A stretch of 64,000 bases of DNA from an uncultured Bacteroidales bacterium (GCA_964469155.1 CAYXXU010000003.1:24511-88510), one strand, 5' to 3'; positions 17,157 to 27,036 are shown, numbered from the stretch's first letter. The notes: generated by a model from the letters alone, not told the origin. Made by a program: numbers and translations.

Positions 17157-19697
17157 ATGTCAAACCAATTTTTTGTTAATATGGCTAAGGATGTCAATGC
17201 AAATATGAATGAAGTAACAAAACTTAAATCAGTTTTTTGGGACCTATGTAATTCATTGCGGTTTCCTATTTCTTATGGTCCAATGGATTATATGCTGGTT
17301 CTCTTCATGATGATACTTCAAAAACGTGATGTTCTTGATTCAATGAAAGATGTCAGTGGTGAGGAAATTAAAAAACAGCTTACAAAATGTATTTTGGAGT
17401 TCACTGGAGAGAATGAGATCGAAATTAAAAATATTTACCTGAATGTTTTTGGTAATGTTATTAATAGACTTGATTGTTTTACCCTTACCCGTATTATTCA
17501 AGCACTCAATGATAATAAGGATTTATTAAAGGATCATTTACCCGAGTTATTTGATTATCTACTTTATCGAATTACTGGTTCTCAATCAAGATTGACAGGA
17601 GAATTTATACAGCCTGTAGAATTATCAGAATTCATTTGTGGTTTGGCTCAGGTAAACGAAAATGCCAAAGTGTACAATCCTTTTGCTGGATTTGCTTCAT
17701 TCGGAGTTTTTTTACCCTCATATAAGTCATACTTTGGTCAGGAATTAAACAGGGATGCTTGGGCAATTGGTACGCTTCGGTTAATTGCCTATAATAAGGT
17801 GTATTGTATTTCATTTGAAAATGAAGACACGATTAATAAATGGCCTCCTCAAGTTGAAAAGTTCGATTTGATTATTTCCAATCCTCCATTTGGCCTTAAA
17901 AAGAATTGGGGAACAGAAGATCGCCCTTATAAAAATGTCGAAGCAGATTTTCTTTATGTTTCACTTAATTCCCTTACTAAATCTGGAAAAATTATTGCAC
18001 TGCTTCCTCAGGGAATTTTATTCTCCGCAAATAATGTTGGCATTAGAAGGGAATTGATTAACAGAGATATGCTTGAGATGGTAATAACATTTCCAGGAGG
18101 TTTATTATCAAATACTATGATCCCTTTCACAATAATTGTTGTAAATAATGACAAGAAGGATAAAGGAGTCGTGAAATTCTATGACGCAGCTCCTTGTATT
18201 GACAAGATTTCTAAAAAAGAAAGCCGGGTCAATCTTCATAATCTTAATTCAATGATTGCCGGGATATTTTCTGCTGAAAGCGCGATAACTGTTTCCAATG
18301 AAACAATTATTGAAAATGATTTTACTTTTAATCCTGTTCGATACTTCCCCAGGCATGATTTGTTCCTCCAGGTCTCTTCTGACTCCATCATTGTAAAACT
18401 TTCTGAGGTTGCAAGTATATATCAAAATGGCAAAAATAAACAGCCAATTGTAGGTTGTTATATTCGAATAAGCAACTTGAGAAAGGAACGTTTTAACTAT
18501 AAACTCGATGTGTCTTCTCTTGAAACAATTGAAGTGCCAATAAATTCTCAGAGAATTGAAAAGCCTGTCTTACTCTTAGCTTTAAAAGGCAATGATTTGA
18601 AGCCGACATTTGTTGATCCCCAAGGGAAAGGAGTTTATGTTAGTCAAGATATATTGTCATTAGTAATTGATGAAGAAAAGATGCTCATGGATTATCTCAT
18701 CAATGAACTTTATTCAAATTGGACATTGGAGCAAGTCAAATCTCTTAGAAATTCTTTAGTTATACCATTTATTACTCGAAAAGATCTTTTATCCATTCGA
18801 ATTTATCTTCCTACTATATCAAAGCAGAATGAAAGCATCATTGAAAATCGGAAGGCTTATATAACTCAAGAGCAAAACAAGTTGAACACCATCAGGGAGA
18901 ATTACGAAATTGATATTGCAGATCAAAATAGTTTTCTTCGTCATCAAATCAGTGGCAAACTTCGAAATGTAAGAAGTTCATTTAAGCGTGTGCATGAGAT
19001 TTTTGAAAAACAATTATCTCCTAACGTTTCCAATATTTATGAATTAAAGTCACGTGAGACCGATAAACTTACATTGAAAGAGCATTTAGAAATTATCGAG
19101 CGTGATTTAGCTAGTATTTACCAGGCTACCAGCAAAGCTGGTAAGGAAAGTGAACTTGCAAAATTGGAAATATCTAAAATTGATATTATTCGGTTTGTAA
19201 AAGAATATTGTAATGAACTGAATGAGAACGATGATAAATCATTTGAATTGATTTTTCAAACTTGGGAAGAGGATCTCCAGATGGAAGGTATTTCAAATGT
19301 ATACATTAATGGAGATACTGATGTTATAAGGAAGGTTTTCAATAACCTTGTTGAAAATGCTGAGAAGCATGCTTTCAATAACAATTACTCAATCAAGAAT
19401 AAGCTTCATATTGATCTTTATTATGATTTTGAAGGCATGCAGGTTCAAATAGATTTTTCGAATACTGGCATCCCGTGGCCATCGAATTATAGTTGGGAAA
19501 AGGCTATAAAAAAGGGAAGCAAGACAGGTGCCAATGCTGGTGATGGAACAGGCTTATGGTATATTAACGAAATAATGAAGAAACATGGCGGTAAGTTTGA
19601 CTTCACTGATGAAACTGACATTGAAGGTGTAGGGGGCGACTTGGTTTCAACTTTTGAACTATACTTTCCAATTGAAATTGATAAAATCGATGAATAA
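17157..19697 (+). CDS. Fusion protein: HsdM-like N6-adenine DNA methyltransferase + HsdS-like TRD + histidine-kinase transmitter (DHp H-box + HATPase_c)
   Basis: VFWDLCNSLR (HsdM_N-like), VYNPFAGFASFG, NPPF at 17880-17891, TRD-like aa ~410-560, H-box SFLRHQISGKL (His codon 18942-18944), N-box NLVENAEKHAF, G-boxes DFSNTGIPWP and GDGTGLWYINEIMKKHGG. The true start may be ATG 17205 (MNEVTKLKSVFWDL, parallel to the HsdM N-terminus). Confidence 0.75.
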   Translation: MSNQFFVNMAKDVNANMNEVTKLKSVFWDLCNSLRFPISYGPMDYMLVLFMMILQKRDVLDSMKDVSGEEIKKQLTKCILEFTGENEIEIKNIYLNVFGNVINRLDCFTLTRIIQALNDNKDLLKDHLPELFDYLLYRITGSQSRLTGEFIQPVELSEFICGLAQVNENAKVYNPFAGFASFGVFLPSYKSYFGQELNRDAWAIGTLRLIAYNKVYCISFENEDTINKWPPQVEKFDLIISNPPFGLKKNWGTEDRPYKNVEADFLYVSLNSLTKSGKIIALLPQGILFSANNVGIRRELINRDMLEMVITFPGGLLSNTMIPFTIIVVNNDKKDKGVVKFYDAAPCIDKISKKESRVNLHNLNSMIAGIFSAESAITVSNETIIENDFTFNPVRYFPRHDLFLQVSSDSIIVKLSEVASIYQNGKNKQPIVGCYIRISNLRKERFNYKLDVSSLETIEVPINSQRIEKPVLLLALKGNDLKPTFVDPQGKGVYVSQDILSLVIDEEKMLMDYLINELYSNWTLEQVKSLRNSLVIPFITRKDLLSIRIYLPTISKQNESIIENRKAYITQEQNKLNTIRENYEIDIADQNSFLRHQISGKLRNVRSSFKRVHEIFEKQLSPNVSNIYELKSRETDKLTLKEHLEIIERDLASIYQATSKAGKESELAKLEISKIDIIRFVKEYCNELNENDDKSFELIFQTWEEDLQMEGISNVYINGDTDVIRKVFNNLVENAEKHAFNNNYSIKNKLHIDLYYDFEGMQVQIDFSNTGIPWPSNYSWEKAIKKGSKTGANAGDGTGLWYINEIMKKHGGKFDFTDETDIEGVGGDLVSTFELYFPIEIDKIDE

Positions 19698-20862
19698 ATA
19701 TCTTGTTCTGTGGTTTGATGATGAGCATGAGTCTCTGGAAACATTAAAAGATGATGCTTTGAACTTTGGCATTGTTCTTAAAGGGTACAAAAATGCAGAT
19801 GATGGATTATATGAATTGGAGCATAACCCCGAGTATGATGCAGTCATCGTAGATGGATTGTTTTTCAATAGTCGGAGCCATACTGGTGACGCGGTAGATA
19901 ATTCTGCATTTGGCAGGGTTGCTTTTTGCCTAAAGACGATGAAGGAAAAAGGGAAAATAATTCCATGGTTCATATTTTCGGGGCAACCCAGTTTTATTAA
20001 GGAAAGGAATGATTTAGTAAAGATTTTGGCAGATAAGGATTTTGGCAACGGCAAAGTCTACGATAAGAACAGCGATGAGGATTTTGATGAATTATGTGGA
20101 GAAATAATTAAATCTGCTGGTAAAATTGAAGATACCAGACTAAAACATAAATATGCCAATGTGTTCGCTGTTTGCACGAAGAAATATATAGGACCGCAAG
20201 CGACTAGTGATCTCCTTACTATTCTTAAAAATGACAATATAGAGCATGCACCTGCTGATTCCAGACTCTTTTTCAATCCACTCCGCAAAATTATGGATGA
20301 TTTATTCATAGCTTGTAACAAGTATGGATTGTTACCTGATGTATTTGTAAAACCATCAATAGCATTAAATGAGTCAAGCAAGTTTCTGTCAGGTAGTGCT
20401 GAAAAGGGATATCAATTAGATCTTCCTGTTTTTCCCAAAGTCGTTTCTGATAATGTCAGAAACATCTTGGCTGTATGTCAGCCCGGGTCCCATAGATCGG
20501 AAATTGATTCGTTCGTTACTGAAGTCAATTCTTCGTACCTTTTACTTAGTTGTACTTACCAGCTCTTTGACGTCCTTCTTTGGTTCAAAGCATTTATTGA
20601 CAAAAATGAAGATATCGAATCCAATCGATCCAGGATTAAGAAAGTAAATGCTGGAACTGAGGCTGAAATATTGATTGGTTTTATCGAGCAGGATGAATTA
20701 AAAAACTACCATTGTGGTGAGATTCTTATAACATATAAGCATATTAAAGAAATGAATTATCAAGTTGGAGATAAAATAAGAGTTATAAAGATTGTTACCA
20801 ACTCAAATGATAAAACAATGCATTTATATCAAAAATGTGCAATGCAATCTGAAAAATTATAA
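19690..20862 (+). CDS. Receiver (REC/CheY-like) domain protein with uncharacterised C-terminal output region
   Basis: KYLVLWFDDE (acidic pocket), DAVIVDGLFF (candidate phospho-Asp, codon 19852-19854), IPWFIFSGQ. ATG 19690 overlaps the upstream stop by 8 nt. The C-terminus has a DUF4145-like stretch (VRNILAVCQPGSH) and a CSD/OB-like tail (GFIEQDELKNYHCGEILITYKHIKEMNYQVGDKIRV). Confidence 0.6.
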   Translation: MNKYLVLWFDDEHESLETLKDDALNFGIVLKGYKNADDGLYELEHNPEYDAVIVDGLFFNSRSHTGDAVDNSAFGRVAFCLKTMKEKGKIIPWFIFSGQPSFIKERNDLVKILADKDFGNGKVYDKNSDEDFDELCGEIIKSAGKIEDTRLKHKYANVFAVCTKKYIGPQATSDLLTILKNDNIEHAPADSRLFFNPLRKIMDDLFIACNKYGLLPDVFVKPSIALNESSKFLSGSAEKGYQLDLPVFPKVVSDNVRNILAVCQPGSHRSEIDSFVTEVNSSYLLLSCTYQLFDVLLWFKAFIDKNEDIESNRSRIKKVNAGTEAEILIGFIEQDELKNYHCGEILITYKHIKEMNYQVGDKIRVIKIVTNSNDKTMHLYQKCAMQSEKL

Positions 20863-20867
20863 AAGCT

Positions 20868-23800
20868 ATGACAAGCAGATCTGAAAATAGTTTCACCAGC
20901 AATTTCAAGTTTCTAGAAATTGATTTTTCTTTGTTAGCAAATATTGGCACTTCTGCCGAATTTTACTGCTTTTCCGATCCTGCAGTTTCCCTCACTAGAT
21001 CTCGTTTATTTGGCGAAAAACTTACTGAACTTCTCTTTGAATATCACACGCTGGTTTATCCTGAAAAAAATGATTTTAGCAATCGCTTAAAAATCCTGAA
21101 ATATAAAGACATTTTACCCCCTACTGTCACAAACCTTCTTTATACCATTAAAGACAAAGGGAACATTGCAGTTCACAATAATACTGGCACAACTGACGAA
21201 GCCATAACAATTTTGTCCTGTACTTTCAAAGTTGCTAAATGGGTTCAGGGTGTATATGGCAAAGTAAAAATTGATTTAGAAAAATTATCATTCAATACTC
21301 CGGTAAACCACGATGCGCGTCATGCTTTGCATTTGCTTTCAGAAGACTTTAAAAAACTCGAAAGAGAATTTGCTGAGTTGCAATCAAAACACGAAACTAC
21401 AAAGAAACAACTCAGTGATGCTGAATCCAAAAAGTTAAAGGAAAAAGCTGTTTTGCTTGCATCTAAAATTGAACTTGACGAAAGCGAAACACGTATTATT
21501 ATCGATCGCCAGCTTAGGGATGCTGGGTGGGTAGTAGATACTCAGGTTTTAAATTTCAAGAAAAACAAAACCCTTCCGGAAAAGGGCAAAAACATGGCTA
21601 TTGCGGAATGGCCTGTTGGTAAACTTTGGGCCGATTATGCATTGTTTTTTGGCCTAGAATTTATTGGAATTATTGAAGCAAAAAAGAAAGCCAAAGATGT
21701 AATATCAGATGTTTCGCAGGCTCAGATATACTCTAAAAATGCAGAGGACATGCACACTGCTATCCTGCTCGGAAAATGGGGTGATTATAATGTTCCCTTT
21801 ATGTTTTCAGCAAATGGCAGACCTTATCATCCGCAACTTGAAATTAAATCAGGTATGTGGTTTCTCGATGGCCGTAAAACCACAAATCATCCTAAGGTAC
21901 TTCGCAATTGGTTTTCTCCTGATGATTTAAAGTTATTATTTGAAAAAGATACAGATAAAGCCAACAGCGATTTAAAAGAAGAACCATTCGATTACTTGAC
22001 TGATCCGAATGGATTGGCTCTCAGGTATTATCAGATTGAAGCTATTGAAGCTGTCGAAAATGCAATTGCAAATGCAGACAAATTTGAAAACAGGTCGCTG
22101 ATTGCTATGGCTACAGGCACAGGTAAAACAAGAACTATCGTGGGGTTATGCTATCGCTTAATAAAAACACACCGCTTTAAAAGAATCCTCTTTTTAGTTG
22201 ATAGAAATATCTTAGGCCGTCAGGCTTCTGACCGGTTTAAAGATGTTATTATTGAAGATTTGCAAGCATTCTCAGATATTTATGACCTTAAAGATTTAGA
22301 AGACAGAAAGCCCGATGTTGAGACAAAAATTCATTTTGCAACTGTTCAGGGCATGGTGCAACGTATATTTAACAGCGATGATGAAACACCTTCCATAGGT
22401 TCATACGATTGCATTATTGTGGATGAAGCACACCGAGGATACATTCTCGATCGTGAAATTGATGAAGCTATGATTGATTATAAAGATCAATCTGATTTCA
22501 TGGGAAAATACAAAATGGTTCTCGACTACTTTGATGCTTTCAGAATTGGTTTGACGGCCACTCCAGCGCTTCACACAACTGATATTTTTGGGAATCCGGT
22601 GTATCGTTATACATACCGGGATGCGGTACTTGATGATTACCTGGTCGACCACGAACCACCTTATACAATTAAAACAGAACGTAATCAGAAAGGCATTAGA
22701 TGGGTTAAAGGCGAAAAGCCTAAAGTATATGTCCGGAAAACGCAGTCCGTTGAAGTACTCGATGCGCTGAAAGACGAACTTGAATTCGAAGTGGAGGAAT
22801 TCAACAAAAAGGTTATAACCGAACCTTTTAATAAAGCGATTCTTGGGGAACTCGTCAACCATATTGATCCCTCATCGCTGCAAAAAACGCTGATTTATGC
22901 AGCTTCAGACGAACATGCAGATTTGGTTGTGAAAATCCTGAAAGAAGAATTTGAAAATGCCGGAATAGTCCTCGAGGACGATGCTATCACAAAAATTACC
23001 GGATCTGTACAGAAACCATCTCCACAGGAAAGGGTTGATATGTTTAGGAATGAAAGAAACCCGAACGTTGTTGTAACAGTTGATTTACTTACTACAGGTG
23101 TTGATATTCCTGAAATATGCAACCTCGTTTTTATTAGAAAAGTCAAGTCCCGCATTTTGTATGAACAAATGCTTGGACGCGCCACACGCAAGGCCGATCA
23201 TATAGGCAAAGAGGTTTTTAAAATATTCGATGCCGTTGATCTCTATAGCACACTGGAGGAATTTACTACTATGAAACCCGTTGTAACTTCTGTAAAAACT
23301 ACTCTTGAAGACTTAGTAAATGAGGCTTCTTCTATAAAGAAAAAAGAAATTGTAAAGCAGGTCGTGGAAGAAATTATTGCAAAATTGAACCGTCGTAAGA
23401 ACAGGATTAAAGATAAAAATCTCGAATCATTTAAAAAGCTCTCGGGAGGTAAATCTCCGGAGCAGTTTATAAAAAGCTTACGCAAATCTTCAGCAAACAA
23501 GGCAAAGGAAATAATCACAAATCACATGGACCTTTTCCGCTTTCTCGATAAAATGGTTCAGGAACCCGAAATACAATTTATATCAGAGCATGAGGATAAT
23601 GTACAGGAAGTGGCACGTGGTTATGGAAAAGCAAAAAAGCCGGAAGACTATATTGAAAGTTTCAAAAAGTTCATTACTGATAATGTTAATAAAGTACCTG
23701 CACTTTCTATTGTTTGCAAAAAGCCAAAGGAACTTACACGACAAACATTAAAAGAGCTAAAAATGGCACTTGACAATGCCGGATTCAATACTACAGCCCT

Positions 23801-24143
23801 TAATACGGCATGGAAAGAGGCAAAAAACGAAGACATCGCTGCCGATATAATTTCATTTGTACGCACCATGGCACTTGGGAATGTGCTTATTAGCCATGAA
23901 GAACGTATTAAAAAAGCTTTTCAGAAAATCCGTGGTCAGCGCAAATGGTCAGTTGTACAATTTAAATGGTTAGATCGTTTCGAAAAACAATTATTGAAAG
24001 AAAATGTGCTCACCCGCGAGGATTTCAATATGCAGCCATTCAAAGCCGATGGTGGCTTCGACAGAATTAATAAAATTTTTAATAACGAATTGGACACAGT
24101 TCTTGAAATGATAAATCAGAACTTGTACCAGCAAACAGCATAA
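20868..24143 (+). CDS. hsdR: Type I restriction enzyme R subunit (N-terminal DUF4145-like domain, SF2 motor, EcoEI_R_C-like tail)
   Basis: RYYQIEAIEAV, MATGTGKTRT (motif I), IIVDEAHRG (motif II), LTATP, VDLLTTGVDIPE, QMLGRATR. Confidence 0.9.
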   Translation: MTSRSENSFTSNFKFLEIDFSLLANIGTSAEFYCFSDPAVSLTRSRLFGEKLTELLFEYHTLVYPEKNDFSNRLKILKYKDILPPTVTNLLYTIKDKGNIAVHNNTGTTDEAITILSCTFKVAKWVQGVYGKVKIDLEKLSFNTPVNHDARHALHLLSEDFKKLEREFAELQSKHETTKKQLSDAESKKLKEKAVLLASKIELDESETRIIIDRQLRDAGWVVDTQVLNFKKNKTLPEKGKNMAIAEWPVGKLWADYALFFGLEFIGIIEAKKKAKDVISDVSQAQIYSKNAEDMHTAILLGKWGDYNVPFMFSANGRPYHPQLEIKSGMWFLDGRKTTNHPKVLRNWFSPDDLKLLFEKDTDKANSDLKEEPFDYLTDPNGLALRYYQIEAIEAVENAIANADKFENRSLIAMATGTGKTRTIVGLCYRLIKTHRFKRILFLVDRNILGRQASDRFKDVIIEDLQAFSDIYDLKDLEDRKPDVETKIHFATVQGMVQRIFNSDDETPSIGSYDCIIVDEAHRGYILDREIDEAMIDYKDQSDFMGKYKMVLDYFDAFRIGLTATPALHTTDIFGNPVYRYTYRDAVLDDYLVDHEPPYTIKTERNQKGIRWVKGEKPKVYVRKTQSVEVLDALKDELEFEVEEFNKKVITEPFNKAILGELVNHIDPSSLQKTLIYAASDEHADLVVKILKEEFENAGIVLEDDAITKITGSVQKPSPQERVDMFRNERNPNVVVTVDLLTTGVDIPEICNLVFIRKVKSRILYEQMLGRATRKADHIGKEVFKIFDAVDLYSTLEEFTTMKPVVTSVKTTLEDLVNEASSIKKKEIVKQVVEEIIAKLNRRKNRIKDKNLESFKKLSGGKSPEQFIKSLRKSSANKAKEIITNHMDLFRFLDKMVQEPEIQFISEHEDNVQEVARGYGKAKKPEDYIESFKKFITDNVNKVPALSIVCKKPKELTRQTLKELKMALDNAGFNTTALNTAWKEAKNEDIAADIISFVRTMALGNVLISHEERIKKAFQKIRGQRKWSVVQFKWLDRFEKQLLKENVLTREDFNMQPFKADGGFDRINKIFNNELDTVLEMINQNLYQQTA

Positions 24144-24158
24144 ATAAATTTAGTTGAT

Positions 24159-25562
24159 ATGAATACAAAAGAGATTGTTGACAAACTATGGAACCTTTGT
24201 AATACACTTCGTGACGATGGTATTACCTATCATCAATATGTTACGGAGCTAACCTATATTCTTTTCCTTAAAATGGCAAAAGAAACGGGCACCGAAGACA
24301 AGATTCCAGAAAAATACCGGTGGGATAAACTGGTGAAAAAAGAAGGAGTCGAACTGAAAAAATTCTACCGCCAGCTTTTGCTTGATCTTGGCACAACCGG
24401 CTCTGGCAAGGTGAAACAGATTTACACCAATGCCCAGACAAACATTGATGAGCCAAAAAATCTTGAAAAGATTATCAAAAATATTAATGCTCTCGATTGG
24501 TATTCGGCTAAGGAAGAAGGATTGGGTAACCTATATGAAGGCTTGTTGGAGAAAAATGCAAATGAAAAAAAATCAGGTGCTGGCCAGTATTTTACACCCC
24601 GCCCACTGATTGAAGTGATGGTAAACCTTATGGAGCCAAAGCCCGGGGAACTTTGCAACGACCCTGCCTGTGGTACATTTGGTTTCATGGTTTTGGTTGA
24701 TAAATACCTTCGGGCAAAATACGATGATTATTATGCCGACGGTGTTGATGCAAATTTTCAGCGCACCAAGGCTTTGTCTGGTAGCGAATTAGTGCAGGAG
24801 ACTCATCGTCTTGCATTGATGAATGCCATGCTTCATGAAATTGATGGTCCTATATATTTTGCCGATACATTATCGCAGGCGGGTGAAAAACTGAAAGGTT
24901 ACGATCTGGTACTTACAAATCCACCCTTCGGTACAAAAAAAGGCGGAGAACGCCCAACCCGGTCTGACCTTACTTTTAAAACCAGCAACAAGCAATTAAA
25001 TTTTTTGCAGCACATCTATCGTTCTTTAAAACCAAATGGCAAAGCCCGTGCAGCAGTAGTGTTACCCGACAATGTTTTGTTTCAGGACGGCGATGGTCAA
25101 AAAGTGCGTACCGACTTAATGAACAAATGCAACCTGCACACCATCCTGCGATTGCCTATAGGTATATTCTATGCCCAGGGTGTTAAAACCAATGTGCTGT
25201 TCTTTACCCGTGGCGAAAAAGATACAAACAATACGAAAGAAGTTTGGTACTACGATCTCCGCACCAACATGGAAAGTTTCGGAAAACGGAACCAGTTAGA
25301 CGTTTCCGATTTCACCGATTTTGTGAAAGCATACATAGCAAAAGATCGTCATAAAATTAAAGATGATCGCTGGTCTGTTTTTTCCCGTGAGGATATTAAA
25401 AAGAAAGGCGACAATCTAGATTTGGGCTTAATTGAAGACACATCTATCGTAAATTCAAATGATTTAGAGTCACCTGAAAAATTAATTCAAAAAGCAATTA
25501 AGGAATTAAGTTTAATTAGTCATGATTTAATTAATATTGAAAAAGCGCTTAAATATGAGTAA
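24159..25562 (+). CDS. hsdM: Type I restriction-modification methyltransferase subunit
   Basis: HsdM_N (LWNLCNTLRDDGITYHQYVTELTYILFLK), GQYFTPRPL, NDPACGTFGF, LVLTNPPFG. Confidence 0.93.
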   Translation: MNTKEIVDKLWNLCNTLRDDGITYHQYVTELTYILFLKMAKETGTEDKIPEKYRWDKLVKKEGVELKKFYRQLLLDLGTTGSGKVKQIYTNAQTNIDEPKNLEKIIKNINALDWYSAKEEGLGNLYEGLLEKNANEKKSGAGQYFTPRPLIEVMVNLMEPKPGELCNDPACGTFGFMVLVDKYLRAKYDDYYADGVDANFQRTKALSGSELVQETHRLALMNAMLHEIDGPIYFADTLSQAGEKLKGYDLVLTNPPFGTKKGGERPTRSDLTFKTSNKQLNFLQHIYRSLKPNGKARAAVVLPDNVLFQDGDGQKVRTDLMNKCNLHTILRLPIGIFYAQGVKTNVLFFTRGEKDTNNTKEVWYYDLRTNMESFGKRNQLDVSDFTDFVKAYIAKDRHKIKDDRWSVFSREDIKKKGDNLDLGLIEDTSIVNSNDLESPEKLIQKAIKELSLISHDLINIEKALKYE

Positions 25563-27036
25563 TACTATTCCAAATAGCTGGGAATTTATAAAGGTTTTAG
25601 ATGTTGCAATTCTTCTCCGTGGTGTTAGTTATAAGAAGAGCCAAGAAGAAAAATCAAAAACAAATTCAAATTGTTTAATTCTAAGAGGCGGAAACATTCA
25701 AGCAGGAAAGATTATTGATGCGTCTGATAATATTTATATTTCGAAGAAATTGGTATCAGATGAGCAATTTCTTAGATATGGGGATGTTGTTATTGTTGCA
25801 TCCACTGGAAGTTCAAATGTAATTGGAAAAGCAGCAGCATATTCAGCTTCAGAAGTAACAACAGACATTAGTTTTGGCGCATTTCAGGTTTTACTGAGAC
25901 CATGTGATGAAATTAATAAAACATACTTCAATTATTTTTTTCAAAGTTTAGAATATCGTAATCAAATTAGAAACTTAGCTTCTGGTATTAATATCAACAA
26001 CATCAAAGCGAATCATTTTAATGAAATTGAAATTCCTCTTGCCCCCAGGCAAGAACAAGATAGAATATCCCAAAAACTCAAAACAATTTTCAAGCATATT
26101 GATTCCTTAAACTCACGTATTAATAACATTCCTGAAATTTTGAAACAATTTCGCCAGCAGGTGCTTTCCTATGCAGTGAGTGGGAAATTAACTGAAGATT
26201 GGAGAAAAAATAATAAAATTAAAGAAGTTGGGGTAGATTTTACTAAACGAATTATAAGTGAGCGTTTAGAATTCCTTAAGAAAAAAAATGTAAGAATAAA
26301 AGACAAAATTGAATTTACAAAAGTTGAAAATTCATTTGATGTGCCTTCTTCATGGTGTTTCTCATTTTTGCACAACTTCGGATTTGTAGTTAGGGGGAGA
26401 TCAAAACATCGCCCAAGAAATGATAAAAAAATGTTTGGAGGTGATTATCCATTTATTCAAACCGGAGATGTTGCAAATGCTAATGGATATGTGACAAGCT
26501 TTAAACAAACCTACAATGAACTTGGCCTTAGACAAAGTAAATTATTTAGCAAAAAGACACTGTGTATTACTATTGCTGCCAATATAGCTGAGACTGCTAT
26601 TCTTGATTTTGATGCCTGTTTCCCTGATAGTATTGTAGGTTATATTCCTTTTAAAAATTACTATTGTAGCGAGTTTGCAATGTACTTTTTGAAAACTATA
26701 AAACAAGATATCGAGCATTTTGCTCCTGCTACTGCTCAAAAAAATATTAATCTTCAAACTATCTATGAAATACCTTTTCCTGTCCCACCTCTTGAGGAAC
26801 AAAAAGAAATAGTTCAGCAAGTTAAAAAATTATTTGCTTTTGCAGATGCCATAGAAGAAAAATATATAAAAGTTTTAGCTTCTGTTGAACAGCTACCTCA
26901 TTCAGTATTAAAGAAGGCTTTTGAGGGGTCTCTGGTAAAACAAAATCCCAAAGATGAACCAGCGGAGAAATTGGTGGAGAGGATAATTAAATCAAAAAAT
27001 AAGATTACTAACAAAAAAAATAAAAATCATGTGTAA
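25555..27036 (+). CDS. hsdS: Type I restriction-modification specificity subunit (two TRDs)
   Basis: Two TRD halves separated by conserved helices (PLAPRQEQDRISQKL and PVPPLEEQKEIVQQV). ATG 25555 overlaps the hsdM stop (ATGAGTAA). Confidence 0.88.
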   Translation: MSNTIPNSWEFIKVLDVAILLRGVSYKKSQEEKSKTNSNCLILRGGNIQAGKIIDASDNIYISKKLVSDEQFLRYGDVVIVASTGSSNVIGKAAAYSASEVTTDISFGAFQVLLRPCDEINKTYFNYFFQSLEYRNQIRNLASGININNIKANHFNEIEIPLAPRQEQDRISQKLKTIFKHIDSLNSRINNIPEILKQFRQQVLSYAVSGKLTEDWRKNNKIKEVGVDFTKRIISERLEFLKKKNVRIKDKIEFTKVENSFDVPSSWCFSFLHNFGFVVRGRSKHRPRNDKKMFGGDYPFIQTGDVANANGYVTSFKQTYNELGLRQSKLFSKKTLCITIAANIAETAILDFDACFPDSIVGYIPFKNYYCSEFAMYFLKTIKQDIEHFAPATAQKNINLQTIYEIPFPVPPLEEQKEIVQQVKKLFAFADAIEEKYIKVLASVEQLPHSVLKKAFEGSLVKQNPKDEPAEKLVERIIKSKNKITNKKNKNHV

